A stretch of 63,580 nucleotides of DNA, the filler included, from an uncultured bacterium (GTDB lineage Bacteria > Auribacterota > CAZIXI01), in NCBI GenBank assembly GCA_964543115.1. It is 3 parts of 3 records of this genome, joined end to end, with 100 filler letters (N's around TTAATTAATTAA, not from the genome) between each part and the next. Parts side by side here need not be neighbours in the genome. Positions count along the whole stretch, not along the records: positions 1 to 22,716 come from CAZIXI010000023.1; 2 more parts are not named here. The stretch is one strand, 5' to 3'. Position numbers and translations under genes: made by a program. The notes below the pieces were generated by a model. The model worked only from the letters and a program-made list of their open reading frames with translations. It did not search any database and was not told the origin of the DNA. Shown one piece after another: positions 1 through 9,409 of the stretch. Position 1 is the first letter of the stretch; the number at the start of each line of letters is the position of its first letter.

Positions 1-861
1 TCCAGCCGGCAGACAATTCATCTCAACGGGATAGGGGGCTTGAGCAGTACGGATGTTTCCACTAAGATCCAATCCTCAAATGATGTTGGAGTAATTGTGG
101 AACGGGCGATGTATTGGGATGCCGGCGGGATAAGCTGGGCCGGGGGCCATAACACCATCGGTACCAACACAACTGCCACTACCTGGTATCTGGCGGAAGG
201 AACAACTACCGGCACCTTTGATGAATATGTGCTGATCCAGAATCCCAACAGTGTGCAGGCAGCGGTAACCGTTACTTTTATGCAGCCGGCGGCTAGTGAC
301 GGTACGGTACCCGATCCGGTTACGCAGACAATCGATTTGGACGGCCAGAGCCGCTATTCCATTCATGTAAATGATGTGGAAGGCCTGAGCAATACGGAAG
401 TTTCTACCAAGGTTGAATCCACCAATAATGTTGGCATTATTGCCGAACGCTCAATGTATTGGGATAGCGGCAGTGTGGACTGGGTGGGCGGCCATGCCAG
501 TATCGGGGTGACGGAATTATCCACTGTCTGGTACCTGGCCGAAGGCAGCACTACCGGCAGCTTTGCTGAATATGTGCTCATCCAGAATCCCAATGCCAGT
601 ACCGCGGAGGTGACGGTAACGTTTATGCGGCCGGCGGACAGTGAAGGCAATATCCCCGATGCGATCACCCAGACTCTGAATGTGGGCGCACAGAGCCGGC
701 AGACCATTCATGTAAACAGTGTTGAGGGCCTGAGCAGCAGTGAGGTATCCACCAAGATTGAGTCCACCGACGAAATTGGGGTTATTGCCGAACGGGCGAT
801 GTACTGGGACGCTGATAGTAGCACTTGGGCCGGCGGGCACAATAGCCGGGGCAGTTGGTAA
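1..861 (+). CDS. 5'-truncated secreted surface protein; C-terminal DUF5719-like tandem repeats
   Basis: The frame is open from base 1 (SSRQTIHLNGIGGLSSTDVS...). It shows WYLAEG.T.G.F.EYVLIQNP...ERAMYWD...GGH repeats and ends GGHNSRGSW like the two downstream paralogs. DUF5719 is assigned from recalled similarity, not from a search. Confidence 0.85.
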   Translation, partial: SSRQTIHLNGIGGLSSTDVSTKIQSSNDVGVIVERAMYWDAGGISWAGGHNTIGTNTTATTWYLAEGTTTGTFDEYVLIQNPNSVQAAVTVTFMQPAASDGTVPDPVTQTIDLDGQSRYSIHVNDVEGLSNTEVSTKVESTNNVGIIAERSMYWDSGSVDWVGGHASIGVTELSTVWYLAEGSTTGSFAEYVLIQNPNASTAEVTVTFMRPADSEGNIPDAITQTLNVGAQSRQTIHVNSVEGLSSSEVSTKIESTDEIGVIAERAMYWDADSSTWAGGHNSRGSW

Positions 862-941
862 CTCAATTGCGGATTTCGGATTGTGGATTTAAGGTGGTGG
901 ATTTAAAACATTCAAATTGAAATAATTGGTGACATTGAAAT

Positions 942-984
942 AGGGGCCTAACGGTTGTTAATGGATAACAGTCGTTAGGCCTCT
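942..984 (+). terminator. 19-bp stem-loop after the first gene (possible terminator or mRNA-stabilising hairpin)
   Basis: AGGGGCCTAACGGTTGTTA-atgga-TAACAGTCGTTAGGCCTCT pairs fully when 3 G-U pairs are allowed. The U-tract is weak. Confidence 0.55.
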
Positions 985-991
985 TTGCCTC

Positions 992-1020
992 TGGACAAAT
1001 TAGTAGAATTTTGTTATAAT
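992..1020 (+). promoter_or_regulatory. sigma70-type promoter
   Basis: TGGACA (992-997), 17-nt spacer, TG-n extended -10, TATAAT (1015-1020). Confidence 0.7.
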
Positions 1021-1079
1021 AAAGCATGAAAATAAATCTCTGCCGAGATTTAGTCTGCTTAATCCACAATCCATACTCC

Positions 1080-1156
1080 ACAAACTACAAACTACAAACT
1101 ACAAACTACAAACTACAAGCTACAAGCTACAAGCTACAAGCTACAAGCTACAAGCT
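1080..1156 (+). repeat. heptamer tandem array (ACAAACT)x5(ACAAGCT)x6
   Basis: 11 consecutive 7-nt units counted directly, ending just before the AAAAAAAGGAGGAGG RBS. Confidence 0.95.
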
Positions 1157-1172
1157 AAAAAAAGGAGGAGGT

Positions 1173-3977
1173 ATGAAGAGAATCTTTTTGTTGTCTTTTT
1201 CTGTTTTTTGTTTAGTTATTGCTACTAGTCTGGTTTTTGCCGCGACGATCAATGTTCCGGCAGATTACAGCACCATTGGAGAAGCGGTTAATGCGGCAAG
1301 TGCCGGAGATACCATTCAGGTAGCGGCTGGTACCTATGCGGAAAATATTACTATTGACGGCCTTAACGGTAAAGACAATTTGACTATTCAGGGTGCCGGG
1401 GCTGATTCCACGATCATAGACGGCGGCAGCAATGGGTCGGCAATTGTGGCTACTAATTCTCTAACGGGATTAACTATTTCAGCGGTTACAATAACAAATG
1501 GCGGAGCGACAATCGGGGGTGGTGTTAATATTAATACCGGTTCAACGGTGACAATTTCCAATTGTATTGTGGATGGTAATACAGCGGAGACAGATGGCGG
1601 AGGTATTTCTGTTGAAACTTCATCAACGGCCACGATCAGCGGCAGTATTATCAGGAACAACACCGTTACAGACGGTGCCGGCGGGGGGATCTATGTTAAT
1701 AATTCAACGCTAACTATTTCTGATAGCATTATTGTAGATAATACGGTCACTAGTCAAGGCGGCGGTATTTGTGTCACTGATGGTTCTGCGGCGACAATGG
1801 GCGGATGTAATATTAGAAGTAATACATCAACTGCCGGTAATGGCGGAGGGATGGTTGTTAGTGACGGCAGTTCCTTAACGCTGACTGATTCTATCTTAAT
1901 GGATAATGCGGCTACCAGTACTGCCGCTGATAGCGGGCAAGCCGGCGCGCTGCTTATAAGCGCTTCTTCCGTGACGGTAGACAGGTGTGTTTTCCAAAAC
2001 AATCAGGCAAATGAAATGGGTGCTTTAGCTTATATGGCTTCTCCGACTTCAAGCGGTACATATACTTTAGGAATAGGCAATTGCGCCTTTACGGCAAATA
2101 CGGCTAATGCCGCTAACGCGGCGTCGGCTTTGGCTATTGTACAGGCCCCTGGGTCAACTGTTATGCTTGCAACAATAATTAATAACTGCACGTTTGCCTC
2201 TAACGATGATAATTTCGGTTTTAATATATTGTTGCAGGTTTTCCCCGCTACTTTGAGGAATTGTATTATTGCCGGCGCTAACGGCTTTGGGCTAGCGGCT
2301 AATGCTCCTGGTCTGGCGACAATGATTAATAATAACTTTAACCAGAACGGGGATGGCGATTATGCCTATGGCTCTCCCGGAAGTCAAACCGTATTAACCG
2401 TGGACCAGATAAACGCGCTTTCCGGTTGCAGCGGCAATATCGGGGTGGATAATGATTTTGTCGGCGGTCAGAATTATCATTTAGAAGCCGCCTCCGGCGC
2501 GGTGAATGCCGGCAGCGCTACTGAAGCGCCGGACACGGATATTGATGGTGTTCCGCGGCCGCAGGGATCAGGTTATGATATTGGCTGTTACGAATTTCCT
2601 TATACCTGGTATCTGGCGGAGGGGACAACTACCGGGACATTTGATGAATTTGTGTTAATTCAGAATCCCAATACCGATACAGCCAATGTGACGGTCACCT
2701 TTATGCGGCCGGCGGATAGCGAGGGGAATGTGCCGGACGCGGTTACCCAGACACTGACAGTTGGTCCTTCCAGCCGGCACACGATTCATGTAAATAATGT
2801 GGAGAATCTAAGCAGTACGGATGTTTCTACCCAGGTGCAGTCCACCAATGATGTGGGTATTTTTGTGGAACGGGCGATGTACTGGACGGCTGGTGATGTC
2901 CCCTGGTATGGCGGGCATAACAGTATCGCGGTGCCCGCGCCGGCCACAACCTGGTTCCTGGCGGAAGGCACTACTAACGGTACCTTTGATACCTATGTTC
3001 TGATCCAGAATCCCAACAGTACTACCGCCAATATTACCGTTACTTTCATGCTGCCGGCCGATAGTGATGGCAATGCCCAGGCCCCGGTGACGCAGACTTT
3101 AACCGTTCCGCCTGCCAGCCGGCAGACGATTCATGTAAACAGCGTTGAGGGCCTGAGCAGTACGGATGTTTCCACGAGAGTAAAATCCACCAATAGTGTT
3201 GGGGTTATCTGTGAACGGGCAATGTACTGGGATGCCGGCGATGTGGCCTGGGCCGGCGGGCATAACACAATTGGCACCACGAAGACCGCTACAACCTGGT
3301 ATCTGGCGGAAGGGGCGACCACCGGTAGTTTTGATGAGTATGTTTTAATCCAGAACCCCAATGATGTTTCCGCGGCTGTTACGGTAACCTTTATGCTGCC
3401 TGCCGATAGCGATGGCAATGCCCAGGACCCGGTGACCCAGACGCTTACTGTCGGGGCGCTGAGCCGGCAGACGATTCATGTAAACGGAGTTGACGGCCTG
3501 AGCAGTACGGCTGTTTCTACTAAAATAGAGTCAACAAACGAAGTGGGTATTATTGCCGAGCGTTCCATGTACTGGGATGCCGGCGGAGTGGATTGGGCGG
3601 GCGGCCATGCCAGTATCGGTGTGCGCGAACTGGCTGCTGTCTGGTTCCTGGCCGAAGGAACAACTACCGGCAGTTTTGATGAATATGTGCTGATCCAGAA
3701 TCCCAACAGCGGTACGACGGCAAATATTACCGTCACTTTTATGCGACCGGCGGATAGTGAGGGAAATATTCCGGACGCGATTACGCAGACACTTACGCTG
3801 GATGGTCAAAGCCGAACGACAATTCATGTTAATAGTGTGGAGGGTTTGAGTGATACGGATGTCTCTACTACAGTACGGTGCACCAATAGCCAGGGGATTA
3901 TTGCCGAACGGGCGATGTACTGGGACGCCGGCGATACCGATTGGGCCGGCGGCCACAATAGTCCGGGCAGCTGGTGA
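1173..3977 (+). CDS. secreted protein: signal peptide, right-handed beta-helix (pectin-lyase-like), choice-of-anchor-Q-like motif, 4x DUF5719-like repeats
   Basis: GGAGGAGG RBS before the ATG at 1173; signal MKRIFLL...VFA; ATINVPADYSTI; GGG(I/V) and N-x-A beta-helix repeats; DIDGVPRPQGSGYDIGCYE; four WYLAEG repeats. Confidence 0.9.
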   Translation: MKRIFLLSFSVFCLVIATSLVFAATINVPADYSTIGEAVNAASAGDTIQVAAGTYAENITIDGLNGKDNLTIQGAGADSTIIDGGSNGSAIVATNSLTGLTISAVTITNGGATIGGGVNINTGSTVTISNCIVDGNTAETDGGGISVETSSTATISGSIIRNNTVTDGAGGGIYVNNSTLTISDSIIVDNTVTSQGGGICVTDGSAATMGGCNIRSNTSTAGNGGGMVVSDGSSLTLTDSILMDNAATSTAADSGQAGALLISASSVTVDRCVFQNNQANEMGALAYMASPTSSGTYTLGIGNCAFTANTANAANAASALAIVQAPGSTVMLATIINNCTFASNDDNFGFNILLQVFPATLRNCIIAGANGFGLAANAPGLATMINNNFNQNGDGDYAYGSPGSQTVLTVDQINALSGCSGNIGVDNDFVGGQNYHLEAASGAVNAGSATEAPDTDIDGVPRPQGSGYDIGCYEFPYTWYLAEGTTTGTFDEFVLIQNPNTDTANVTVTFMRPADSEGNVPDAVTQTLTVGPSSRHTIHVNNVENLSSTDVSTQVQSTNDVGIFVERAMYWTAGDVPWYGGHNSIAVPAPATTWFLAEGTTNGTFDTYVLIQNPNSTTANITVTFMLPADSDGNAQAPVTQTLTVPPASRQTIHVNSVEGLSSTDVSTRVKSTNSVGVICERAMYWDAGDVAWAGGHNTIGTTKTATTWYLAEGATTGSFDEYVLIQNPNDVSAAVTVTFMLPADSDGNAQDPVTQTLTVGALSRQTIHVNGVDGLSSTAVSTKIESTNEVGIIAERSMYWDAGGVDWAGGHASIGVRELAAVWFLAEGTTTGSFDEYVLIQNPNSGTTANITVTFMRPADSEGNIPDAITQTLTLDGQSRTTIHVNSVEGLSDTDVSTTVRCTNSQGIIAERAMYWDAGDTDWAGGHNSPGSW
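2442..3961 (+). repeat. 1520-bp direct repeat, copy 1 (copy 2 at 5339-6858)
   Basis: Constant offset of 2897. Boundaries were located by eye, the encoded protein and all shadow ORFs are identical between copies, and spot checks found no mismatch. Confidence 0.9.
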
Positions 3978-4053
3978 TTCAATTTCGGATTTTGGACAGG
4001 CTTTTTGCAGTCCCGACTTGTCGGGATTTCGGATTTCGGATTTATATAATTCT

Positions 4054-4082
4054 ACAAGCTACAAGCTAAGAAGCTACAAGCT
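4054..4082 (+). repeat. short ACAAGCT heptamer array upstream of the RBS
   Basis: ACAAGCT ACAAGCT AAGAAGCT ACAAGCT followed by AAAAAGGAGGAGGTATG; the same leader as at 1080-1175. Confidence 0.85.
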
Positions 4083-4096
4083 AAAAAGGAGGAGGT

Positions 4097-6874
4097 ATGA
4101 AGAAAATCTTCTTTGTGTCTTTTTTTATTTTTTGCTTAGTTGTTGCTGTTAGTATGGTTTCTGCCGCCACGATCAATGTGCCTGACGATTACAGTACCAT
4201 CCAGGCGGCGATTAACGCGGCCAGCAGTGGAGATACAATTCAGGTGGCTGCGGGTACCTATACAGAAAATATTAATGTTGGCACAAGTAATTTAACGATT
4301 CAGGGTGCCGGTGCTGATTCAACAACAATAAATGGTGGCAGTAGCGGTAGTGTGATTACTGTCTCTGGTGCTCTAAGTGGCATAACCATTGCCGCTTTTA
4401 CGATAACTGCCGGGTTTGCAAGTGATGGTGGTGGTGTGTTCATTGAGCAAGGTGCTACGGTATCAGTCTCAAATTGTATTGTAGCCAGTAATACCGCTTC
4501 AATAACCGGCGGTGGTATTGCTGTTGTTAATTCAACCGCAACTATCAGCGGGTGCCTGATCAGGGCAAATACTGCTGGTGGTGGAGGAGGTGTTTGGGTA
4601 TACGGATCAACCGCTACCATAACGGATACTATTATTACCGGGAATACCGCTGATACTAGCGGTGGCGGGTTGGGTGTTGGTAGCGCTTCTACTGTTACGG
4701 TTACTAACTGTACCATTATCAGCAATACTTCTACAAGTGTAAACGGTGGTGGTATTTATATTATTGAAAGTAGTACATTTACGATTACCGAGAGTACTAT
4801 AGAAAGTAATACAGCCAATAATACTAATCCTAGTACTGGTGGAGGCGGTGGGTTGTATGCAAATGCTAGTTCCGTGACTCTAGAGAGGTGTATTGTTACG
4901 AGTAATTCCGCAAACGATACAGCTGGTTGTTTATTCTCATTTCATACAGGTAATTTTACCGTAACTGTAACCAACTGTTCTTTTGTTGCTAATACCGCTA
5001 ATAGTGAGAACTACGCCTCTGCTTTAACATTTTCTTTAGAAGATGGTGGCACGGCTACGGTAACTGCGGCGGTGACCAATTGCACATTTGCTACTAATAC
5101 TGATATAAATGGAGGCAATATCCTGGTTGTGTCACTTACGCCAACCTTTCGAAATTGTATTATTGCCGGAGCCCCTGGCTATGGTCTTATTGATGTTGCT
5201 GCTACTCCTTTGTCGACAATGATTAATAATAACTTTAACCAAAATACTGGTGGTGCCTATTTATATGGTTTTCCAGGGAGTGGAACGGTATTAACCATTG
5301 ACCAGATAAATGCGCTTTCTGGTTGCAGTGGTAATATTGGGGTGGATAATGATTTTGTCGGCGGTCAGAATTATCATTTAGAAGCCGCCTCCGGCGCGGT
5401 GAATGCCGGCAGCGCTACTGAAGCGCCGGACACGGATATTGATGGTGTTCCGCGGCCGCAGGGATCAGGTTATGATATTGGCTGTTACGAATTTCCTTAT
5501 ACCTGGTATCTGGCGGAGGGGACAACTACCGGGACATTTGATGAATTTGTGTTAATTCAGAATCCCAATACCGATACAGCCAATGTGACGGTCACCTTTA
5601 TGCGGCCGGCGGATAGCGAGGGGAATGTGCCGGACGCGGTTACCCAGACACTGACAGTTGGTCCTTCCAGCCGGCACACGATTCATGTAAATAATGTGGA
5701 GAATCTAAGCAGTACGGATGTTTCTACCCAGGTGCAGTCCACCAATGATGTGGGTATTTTTGTGGAACGGGCGATGTACTGGACGGCTGGTGATGTCCCC
5801 TGGTATGGCGGGCATAACAGTATCGCGGTGCCCGCGCCGGCCACAACCTGGTTCCTGGCGGAAGGCACTACTAACGGTACCTTTGATACCTATGTTCTGA
5901 TCCAGAATCCCAACAGTACTACCGCCAATATTACCGTTACTTTCATGCTGCCGGCCGATAGTGATGGCAATGCCCAGGCCCCGGTGACGCAGACTTTAAC
6001 CGTTCCGCCTGCCAGCCGGCAGACGATTCATGTAAACAGCGTTGAGGGCCTGAGCAGTACGGATGTTTCCACGAGAGTAAAATCCACCAATAGTGTTGGG
6101 GTTATCTGTGAACGGGCAATGTACTGGGATGCCGGCGATGTGGCCTGGGCCGGCGGGCATAACACAATTGGCACCACGAAGACCGCTACAACCTGGTATC
6201 TGGCGGAAGGGGCGACCACCGGTAGTTTTGATGAGTATGTTTTAATCCAGAACCCCAATGATGTTTCCGCGGCTGTTACGGTAACCTTTATGCTGCCTGC
6301 CGATAGCGATGGCAATGCCCAGGACCCGGTGACCCAGACGCTTACTGTCGGGGCGCTGAGCCGGCAGACGATTCATGTAAACGGAGTTGACGGCCTGAGC
6401 AGTACGGCTGTTTCTACTAAAATAGAGTCAACAAACGAAGTGGGTATTATTGCCGAGCGTTCCATGTACTGGGATGCCGGCGGAGTGGATTGGGCGGGCG
6501 GCCATGCCAGTATCGGTGTGCGCGAACTGGCTGCTGTCTGGTTCCTGGCCGAAGGAACAACTACCGGCAGTTTTGATGAATATGTGCTGATCCAGAATCC
6601 CAACAGCGGTACGACGGCAAATATTACCGTCACTTTTATGCGACCGGCGGATAGTGAGGGAAATATTCCGGACGCGATTACGCAGACACTTACGCTGGAT
6701 GGTCAAAGCCGAACGACAATTCATGTTAATAGTGTGGAGGGTTTGAGTGATACGGATGTCTCTACTACAGTACGGTGCACCAATAGCCAGGGGATTATTG
6801 CCGAACGGGCGATGTACTGGGACGCCGGCGATACCGATTGGGCCGGCGGCCACAATAGCCCTGGGAACTGGTGA
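4097..6874 (+). CDS. paralog of 1173..3977: signal peptide, divergent beta-helix, identical C-terminal 4x DUF5719-like repeats
   Basis: Same architecture. The N-terminal ~410 aa have diverged and the C-terminal ~505 aa are identical. Confidence 0.9.
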   Translation: MKKIFFVSFFIFCLVVAVSMVSAATINVPDDYSTIQAAINAASSGDTIQVAAGTYTENINVGTSNLTIQGAGADSTTINGGSSGSVITVSGALSGITIAAFTITAGFASDGGGVFIEQGATVSVSNCIVASNTASITGGGIAVVNSTATISGCLIRANTAGGGGGVWVYGSTATITDTIITGNTADTSGGGLGVGSASTVTVTNCTIISNTSTSVNGGGIYIIESSTFTITESTIESNTANNTNPSTGGGGGLYANASSVTLERCIVTSNSANDTAGCLFSFHTGNFTVTVTNCSFVANTANSENYASALTFSLEDGGTATVTAAVTNCTFATNTDINGGNILVVSLTPTFRNCIIAGAPGYGLIDVAATPLSTMINNNFNQNTGGAYLYGFPGSGTVLTIDQINALSGCSGNIGVDNDFVGGQNYHLEAASGAVNAGSATEAPDTDIDGVPRPQGSGYDIGCYEFPYTWYLAEGTTTGTFDEFVLIQNPNTDTANVTVTFMRPADSEGNVPDAVTQTLTVGPSSRHTIHVNNVENLSSTDVSTQVQSTNDVGIFVERAMYWTAGDVPWYGGHNSIAVPAPATTWFLAEGTTNGTFDTYVLIQNPNSTTANITVTFMLPADSDGNAQAPVTQTLTVPPASRQTIHVNSVEGLSSTDVSTRVKSTNSVGVICERAMYWDAGDVAWAGGHNTIGTTKTATTWYLAEGATTGSFDEYVLIQNPNDVSAAVTVTFMLPADSDGNAQDPVTQTLTVGALSRQTIHVNGVDGLSSTAVSTKIESTNEVGIIAERSMYWDAGGVDWAGGHASIGVRELAAVWFLAEGTTTGSFDEYVLIQNPNSGTTANITVTFMRPADSEGNIPDAITQTLTLDGQSRTTIHVNSVEGLSDTDVSTTVRCTNSQGIIAERAMYWDAGDTDWAGGHNSPGNW
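5339..6858 (+). repeat. 1520-bp direct repeat, copy 2
   Basis: See 2442-3961. Confidence 0.9.
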
Positions 6875-6911
6875 TCATTCTTATAATGGCAGTCTATTTA
6901 CATGCCGAATT

Positions 6912-6937
6912 GGACAGCCGCAAGGGCTGTCCCTACA
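6912..6937 (-). repeat. GTAG-type REP-like palindrome
   Basis: The minus strand reads TGTAGGGACAGCCCTTGCGGCTGTCC, a GTAG tetranucleotide followed by an imperfect hairpin, in an intergenic position. Confidence 0.6.
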
Positions 6938-6959
6938 TTACTAAAAAGGAGGGTGTTTT

Positions 6960-9347
6960 ATGAAGAAGACACTGCTTTTTGTGTTTGTGTTGATAACTGT
7001 GTCTGTGTTTTGTTTTGCGGCACCGGTTTCTGCCGTTACCTTTACCCAGCGTAGTACTGATGGGCTGGGGGACCAGAATAATGATACTATCACTTCCTTT
7101 GGTTCGTTTCGCGGATATCAGTATCTGGGAACGTCTAACGCGGTTACCGGTGGTGAGGTTTGGCGCAGTCTGGATGGGATTACCTGGGCGCAAGTTGGTG
7201 ACGATGGTTTTGGTTCTTTTAATAATAGTATAGTTCGATCTATGAGTGGTTTTAACGGGTATCTTTATGCCGGAACTGAAAATGCTCTTGGCTGTCAAAT
7301 GTGGCGGACGGCTGATGGAACAACCTGGGTGCAGAGTGGCAGTGACGGTTTTGGGTCTGCCGACAATAGAGAATTTCCTGCCATGATTCATTGGGGCGAT
7401 AATTTATATGCGGGAACCTGGAATGAAATAACAGCTGGCGCGCAATTATGGTACACCAGCGATGGGGTAACCTGGCTTCAGCTGGTTGGTGATGCTGCCT
7501 CTGCCGGTGCGGCTAGCGGGTTCGGCGACGCGAATAACACGGGATTTTGCAGTATGGCGAGTTTTGGTGATTATTTATATGTCGGTACTTACCGGACGTT
7601 GGGGGATACCGCGGGTACGGAAGTCTGGCGCAGCAGTGACGGGGAATCCTGGACGGGAGTAGTGACTGATGGATTTGGTGATGGTGATAACTATCAAACT
7701 GCTGCACTGACAGTGTTTAACGGCTACCTCTACGCGGGACTGTTACACGATGGTGGTCCCGGTCAAGTCTGGCGCAGCGCTGATGGGACAACCTGGACGG
7801 AAGTAGTGAGTGACGGGTTTGGGGTTGCTGCTAACTCAGGGATTATGGATTTATTTGTTTTGGGCCAGAATTTATGTGCGGGTACGGATAACGATAATGG
7901 TACTCAGCTATATAGAAGTAGTGATGGTGTAACCTGGACTCAGTTAGGCGAAAATGGTCTTGGCGATACGGAGAATACAAACATATATCGTTTCTCAACT
8001 GTAAATAATTTACTTTTAATCGGGACCACGAATGATACTTCCGGTGGTGAACTCTGGACCGCGCTTGATCAAACTACCAGGTATTTTGCCGAAGGCTATA
8101 CGGCGAGTGATTTTGACGAATATATTTGTATCCAGAATCCTAACAGCGTTACGGTTACTGCTAATGTTACCTTTATGAAACCGGATCAGACTACTGTGGC
8201 TACCAGCCTGGAAATTTCGCCGACGTCCAGGGGTACTGTTAACGTAAAAAATCATGTTTCCGGTGAGGTCTCCACAAAGGTACAATGCAGCAGCGATTAC
8301 GGTATTGTTGCCGAACGGGCGATGTACCGTACCGGTAGCGGGATAAATTGGGTTGCCGGCCATTGCAGTGGGGGTGCTCCTATCCCGGCGACCAGCTGGT
8401 ATTTTGCCGAAGGGTACACAGGACCTGATTTTGATGAATTTATTTGTATTCAGAATCCAAATAGTGCCACAGCAACTGTCAGTGTTACCTTTATGCAGCC
8501 GGACCAGACAACGGTAGCGCTTGACCTGACGATTGATGGTACCTCCAGAGAAACAATTAATGTAGAAAGTCATGTTACCGGTGAGGTATCCACCAGGATT
8601 CTATCTACTAATAGCGTTACTGTTAACGCCGAACGGGTAATGTACTGGAATAAAGGCGGGATTGACTGGGTTGGTACGCATTGCAGTCAGGGGGTAACCA
8701 AACCGGCCCTTAACTGGTATTTTGCTGAAGGGTACACGGGAACTGATTTTGATGAATATATCTGTATTCAGAATCCTGCCGGCACTTCAGCGGAAGTTAC
8801 GGTAACATTCATGCAGCCTGATCAGACGACTGTAACTGCCGATTTAACCATTTCGGGAACATCCCGGGAAACCGTCAATGTAGAGACTTACGTTACAGGT
8901 GAGGTGTCTACCAGGGTGCAATCTACTAATGGGATACCCGTAGTTGCTGAACGGGCGATGTACTGGGATAAAGGCGGGATTGAGTGGGTAGGCGGGCACT
9001 GCTGTCCGGGAGTTACCACTCTGGCGACTACCAAGTATTTTGCTGAAGGCTTTACCAGCAGTGATTTTGATGAATATATCTGCATTCAGAATCCTAATAG
9101 TAGTTCTGTGGATGTGTTGGTTACTTTTATGAAACCGGACCAGACAACGGTAACGACGACGAGGACGATTGGCGGGACCTCCAGAGAAACGGTCAATGTA
9201 AAAAGCTATGTTAGTGGTGAGGTGTCGACAAAAGTGGAATCGACAACAACTGGAGTTGGGATAGTTGCCGAACGGGCGATGTACTGGAATGAAGGCGGTA
9301 TCGAATGGGTCGGCGGCCATTCCGATATCGGCAGCACGCAGGAATAA
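6960..9347 (+). CDS. secreted protein: BNR/sialidase-like beta-propeller repeats plus 4x DUF5719-like repeats
   Basis: Signal peptide; ~47-aa repeats (V/L)WRS.DG.TW...DGFG...LYAGT; four YFAEG(Y/F)T..DFDEYICIQNP repeats. Confidence 0.88.
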   Translation: MKKTLLFVFVLITVSVFCFAAPVSAVTFTQRSTDGLGDQNNDTITSFGSFRGYQYLGTSNAVTGGEVWRSLDGITWAQVGDDGFGSFNNSIVRSMSGFNGYLYAGTENALGCQMWRTADGTTWVQSGSDGFGSADNREFPAMIHWGDNLYAGTWNEITAGAQLWYTSDGVTWLQLVGDAASAGAASGFGDANNTGFCSMASFGDYLYVGTYRTLGDTAGTEVWRSSDGESWTGVVTDGFGDGDNYQTAALTVFNGYLYAGLLHDGGPGQVWRSADGTTWTEVVSDGFGVAANSGIMDLFVLGQNLCAGTDNDNGTQLYRSSDGVTWTQLGENGLGDTENTNIYRFSTVNNLLLIGTTNDTSGGELWTALDQTTRYFAEGYTASDFDEYICIQNPNSVTVTANVTFMKPDQTTVATSLEISPTSRGTVNVKNHVSGEVSTKVQCSSDYGIVAERAMYRTGSGINWVAGHCSGGAPIPATSWYFAEGYTGPDFDEFICIQNPNSATATVSVTFMQPDQTTVALDLTIDGTSRETINVESHVTGEVSTRILSTNSVTVNAERVMYWNKGGIDWVGTHCSQGVTKPALNWYFAEGYTGTDFDEYICIQNPAGTSAEVTVTFMQPDQTTVTADLTISGTSRETVNVETYVTGEVSTRVQSTNGIPVVAERAMYWDKGGIEWVGGHCCPGVTTLATTKYFAEGFTSSDFDEYICIQNPNSSSVDVLVTFMKPDQTTVTTTRTIGGTSRETVNVKSYVSGEVSTKVESTTTGVGIVAERAMYWNEGGIEWVGGHSDIGSTQE

Positions 9348-9366
9348 ATTTTAACGAACGATTTAA

Positions 9367-9406
9367 TAGCCACGGATCGAGCGAAGCTCGATCCGTGGCT
9401 AAAAAA
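9367..9406 (-). terminator. intrinsic terminator between convergent genes
   Basis: Perfect 16-bp stem TAGCCACGGATCGAGC-gaa-GCTCGATCCGTGGCTA between the convergent stop codons. The adjoining A-run reads as a U-run 5' of the stem on the minus strand, so direction is uncertain. Confidence 0.7.
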
Positions 9407-9409
9407 CGG

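Noticed and set aside
863..1081. 72-aa minus-strand ORF
   Set aside because: It spans the promoter and heptamer runs, has low-complexity-derived sequence and shows no coding evidence.
2442..6858. Diversity-generating retroelement (TR/VR pair)
   Set aside because: There is no reverse transcriptase, the repeat is far too long, both copies are coding, and no adenine-specific mismatches were seen.
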